A DNA stretch of 26,454 nucleotides. Origin: a candidate division WOR-3 bacterium (GTDB lineage: Bacteria > Hydrothermota > Tepidihabitantia > Tepidihabitantales > DTDR01). The stretch spans positions 1 to 26,454 of the forward strand of contig JBDRVN010000021.1 in NCBI GenBank assembly GCA_039801885.1, written 5' to 3'. Numbering within the stretch: position 1 is the stretch's first letter; every line of letters begins with the position of its first letter. The notes below the pieces were generated by a model. It was not told the DNA's origin. It worked only from the letters and a program-made list of their open reading frames with translations, and did no database searches. The translations under genes and the position numbers were made by a program. Below, piece by piece: positions 25,699-26,454 of this stretch.

Positions 25699-26454
25699 TT
25701 TAAGATAACTACTTTCTTAAATTGCCTATTATCTTTTAAAAAATACATACCTTTCTTTCTTAAACTATTTACTTTTTGACCAAGAGGATTATAGGCAATT
25801 CTTATAGTATTTTTATTATTATAAATTGTGTTTTTAGCAATTGGTAAAATTACCGAACTAATTGGATTGCTTAATGAGGCAATGGTAGCAATCGCTGCCT
25901 TGGTTATCTCATAAACCAAATTTAGGTCGTTAAAACCAGCACCAATTGTATCACCGGTAGTATGATAATAAGGATTATTAATATTCAAATTTTCTCTTAT
26001 CTGAATGGCAATATAACCAAAGCGATTAAAAGAGGCATGGTCAGAACGGGGTCGGTCAATAATCGCTCGGATACATTTTAAATTGGTATAGGTATCAGCA
26101 CAACTAATAAAATAATCTACTAATGGTTGACAATTTGGATTATTTGGCTTGCCAATAACTGAAGCGGAATCCCTTGCCGGTAGCGAATAACCAATCATAT
26201 CAATATTGATTGCGGAAATTATGCTATCTTCATAAATATATTTTGCCAGACTGCAATAATAATAACTTCCCAAAAGCCCTTGTTCCTCACCGGAAAAGAA
26301 GATAAACCTAATAGTCTTTTCAAAATTATAATTACTTAAAATCCTTATTACTTCCAACAGAGTAGCCGTTCCGCTACCATTATCATCAGCACCCGGAGCA
26401 AAGAGATAGGGATTATTAGTAGAAATAGCATCATAATGGGCACAAAGGACAACA
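25695..26454 (-). CDS. M28 family zinc (amino)peptidase with short T9SS-like tail (5' end outside window)
   Basis: Frame open to the window edge: VVLCAHYDA...APGADDNGSGTATLLE. Then GEEQGLLGS, NIDMIG, SDHASF, YHTTGD. C-terminus YNPLGQKV...GMYFL...KKVVILK. Confidence 0.9.
   Translation of the reverse strand, partial: VVLCAHYDAISTNNPYLFAPGADDNGSGTATLLEVIRILSNYNFEKTIRFIFFSGEEQGLLGSYYYCSLAKYIYEDSIISAINIDMIGYSLPARDSASVIGKPNNPNCQPLVDYFISCADTYTNLKCIRAIIDRPRSDHASFNRFGYIAIQIRENLNINNPYYHTTGDTIGAGFNDLNLVYEITKAAIATIASLSNPISSVILPIAKNTIYNNKNTIRIAYNPLGQKVNSLRKKGMYFLKDNRQFKKVVILK

Overview
Strongly AT-rich, gene-dense bacterial chromosome segment. The organism is probably diderm (tolB, Wzx/Wzy-type polysaccharide genes). 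Two secreted proteins with T9SS-like C-terminal tails suggest an FCB-related lineage such as candidate division WOR-3, which is inference only. Left part: a 5'-truncated Gfo/Idh/MocA oxidoreductase, two GT2 glycosyltransferases, then rho-rpmE-prfB. prfB carries a programmed +1 frameshift missed by the ORF track (start 4618, shift at CTT TGA G 4681-4687). This block converges on a minus-strand tRNA-Leu(TAG)-tig-clpP-clpX-tolB unit. Middle: DUF72-cdd, converging on a secreted Kelch/Ig-like/nidogen-like protein with a T9SS-like tail. Right-middle: a three-block surface-polysaccharide locus (PCP/Wzz-like, wecB, O-antigen ligase/polymerase; reversed wzx + GT4; a divergent NadE-like enzyme coupled to two GT4s). 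Right end: a minus-strand M28 peptidase-plsY-gpsA-MerR-like HTH-SPFH operon. No mobile element, prophage or CRISPR array was seen. The best candidate for an undescribed system is the NadE-like ATP pyrophosphatase with altered substrate-side motifs and an insertion, which may amidate a glycan rather than make NAD. Other leads are several apparently leaderless operon-first genes and minimal T9SS-like tails.
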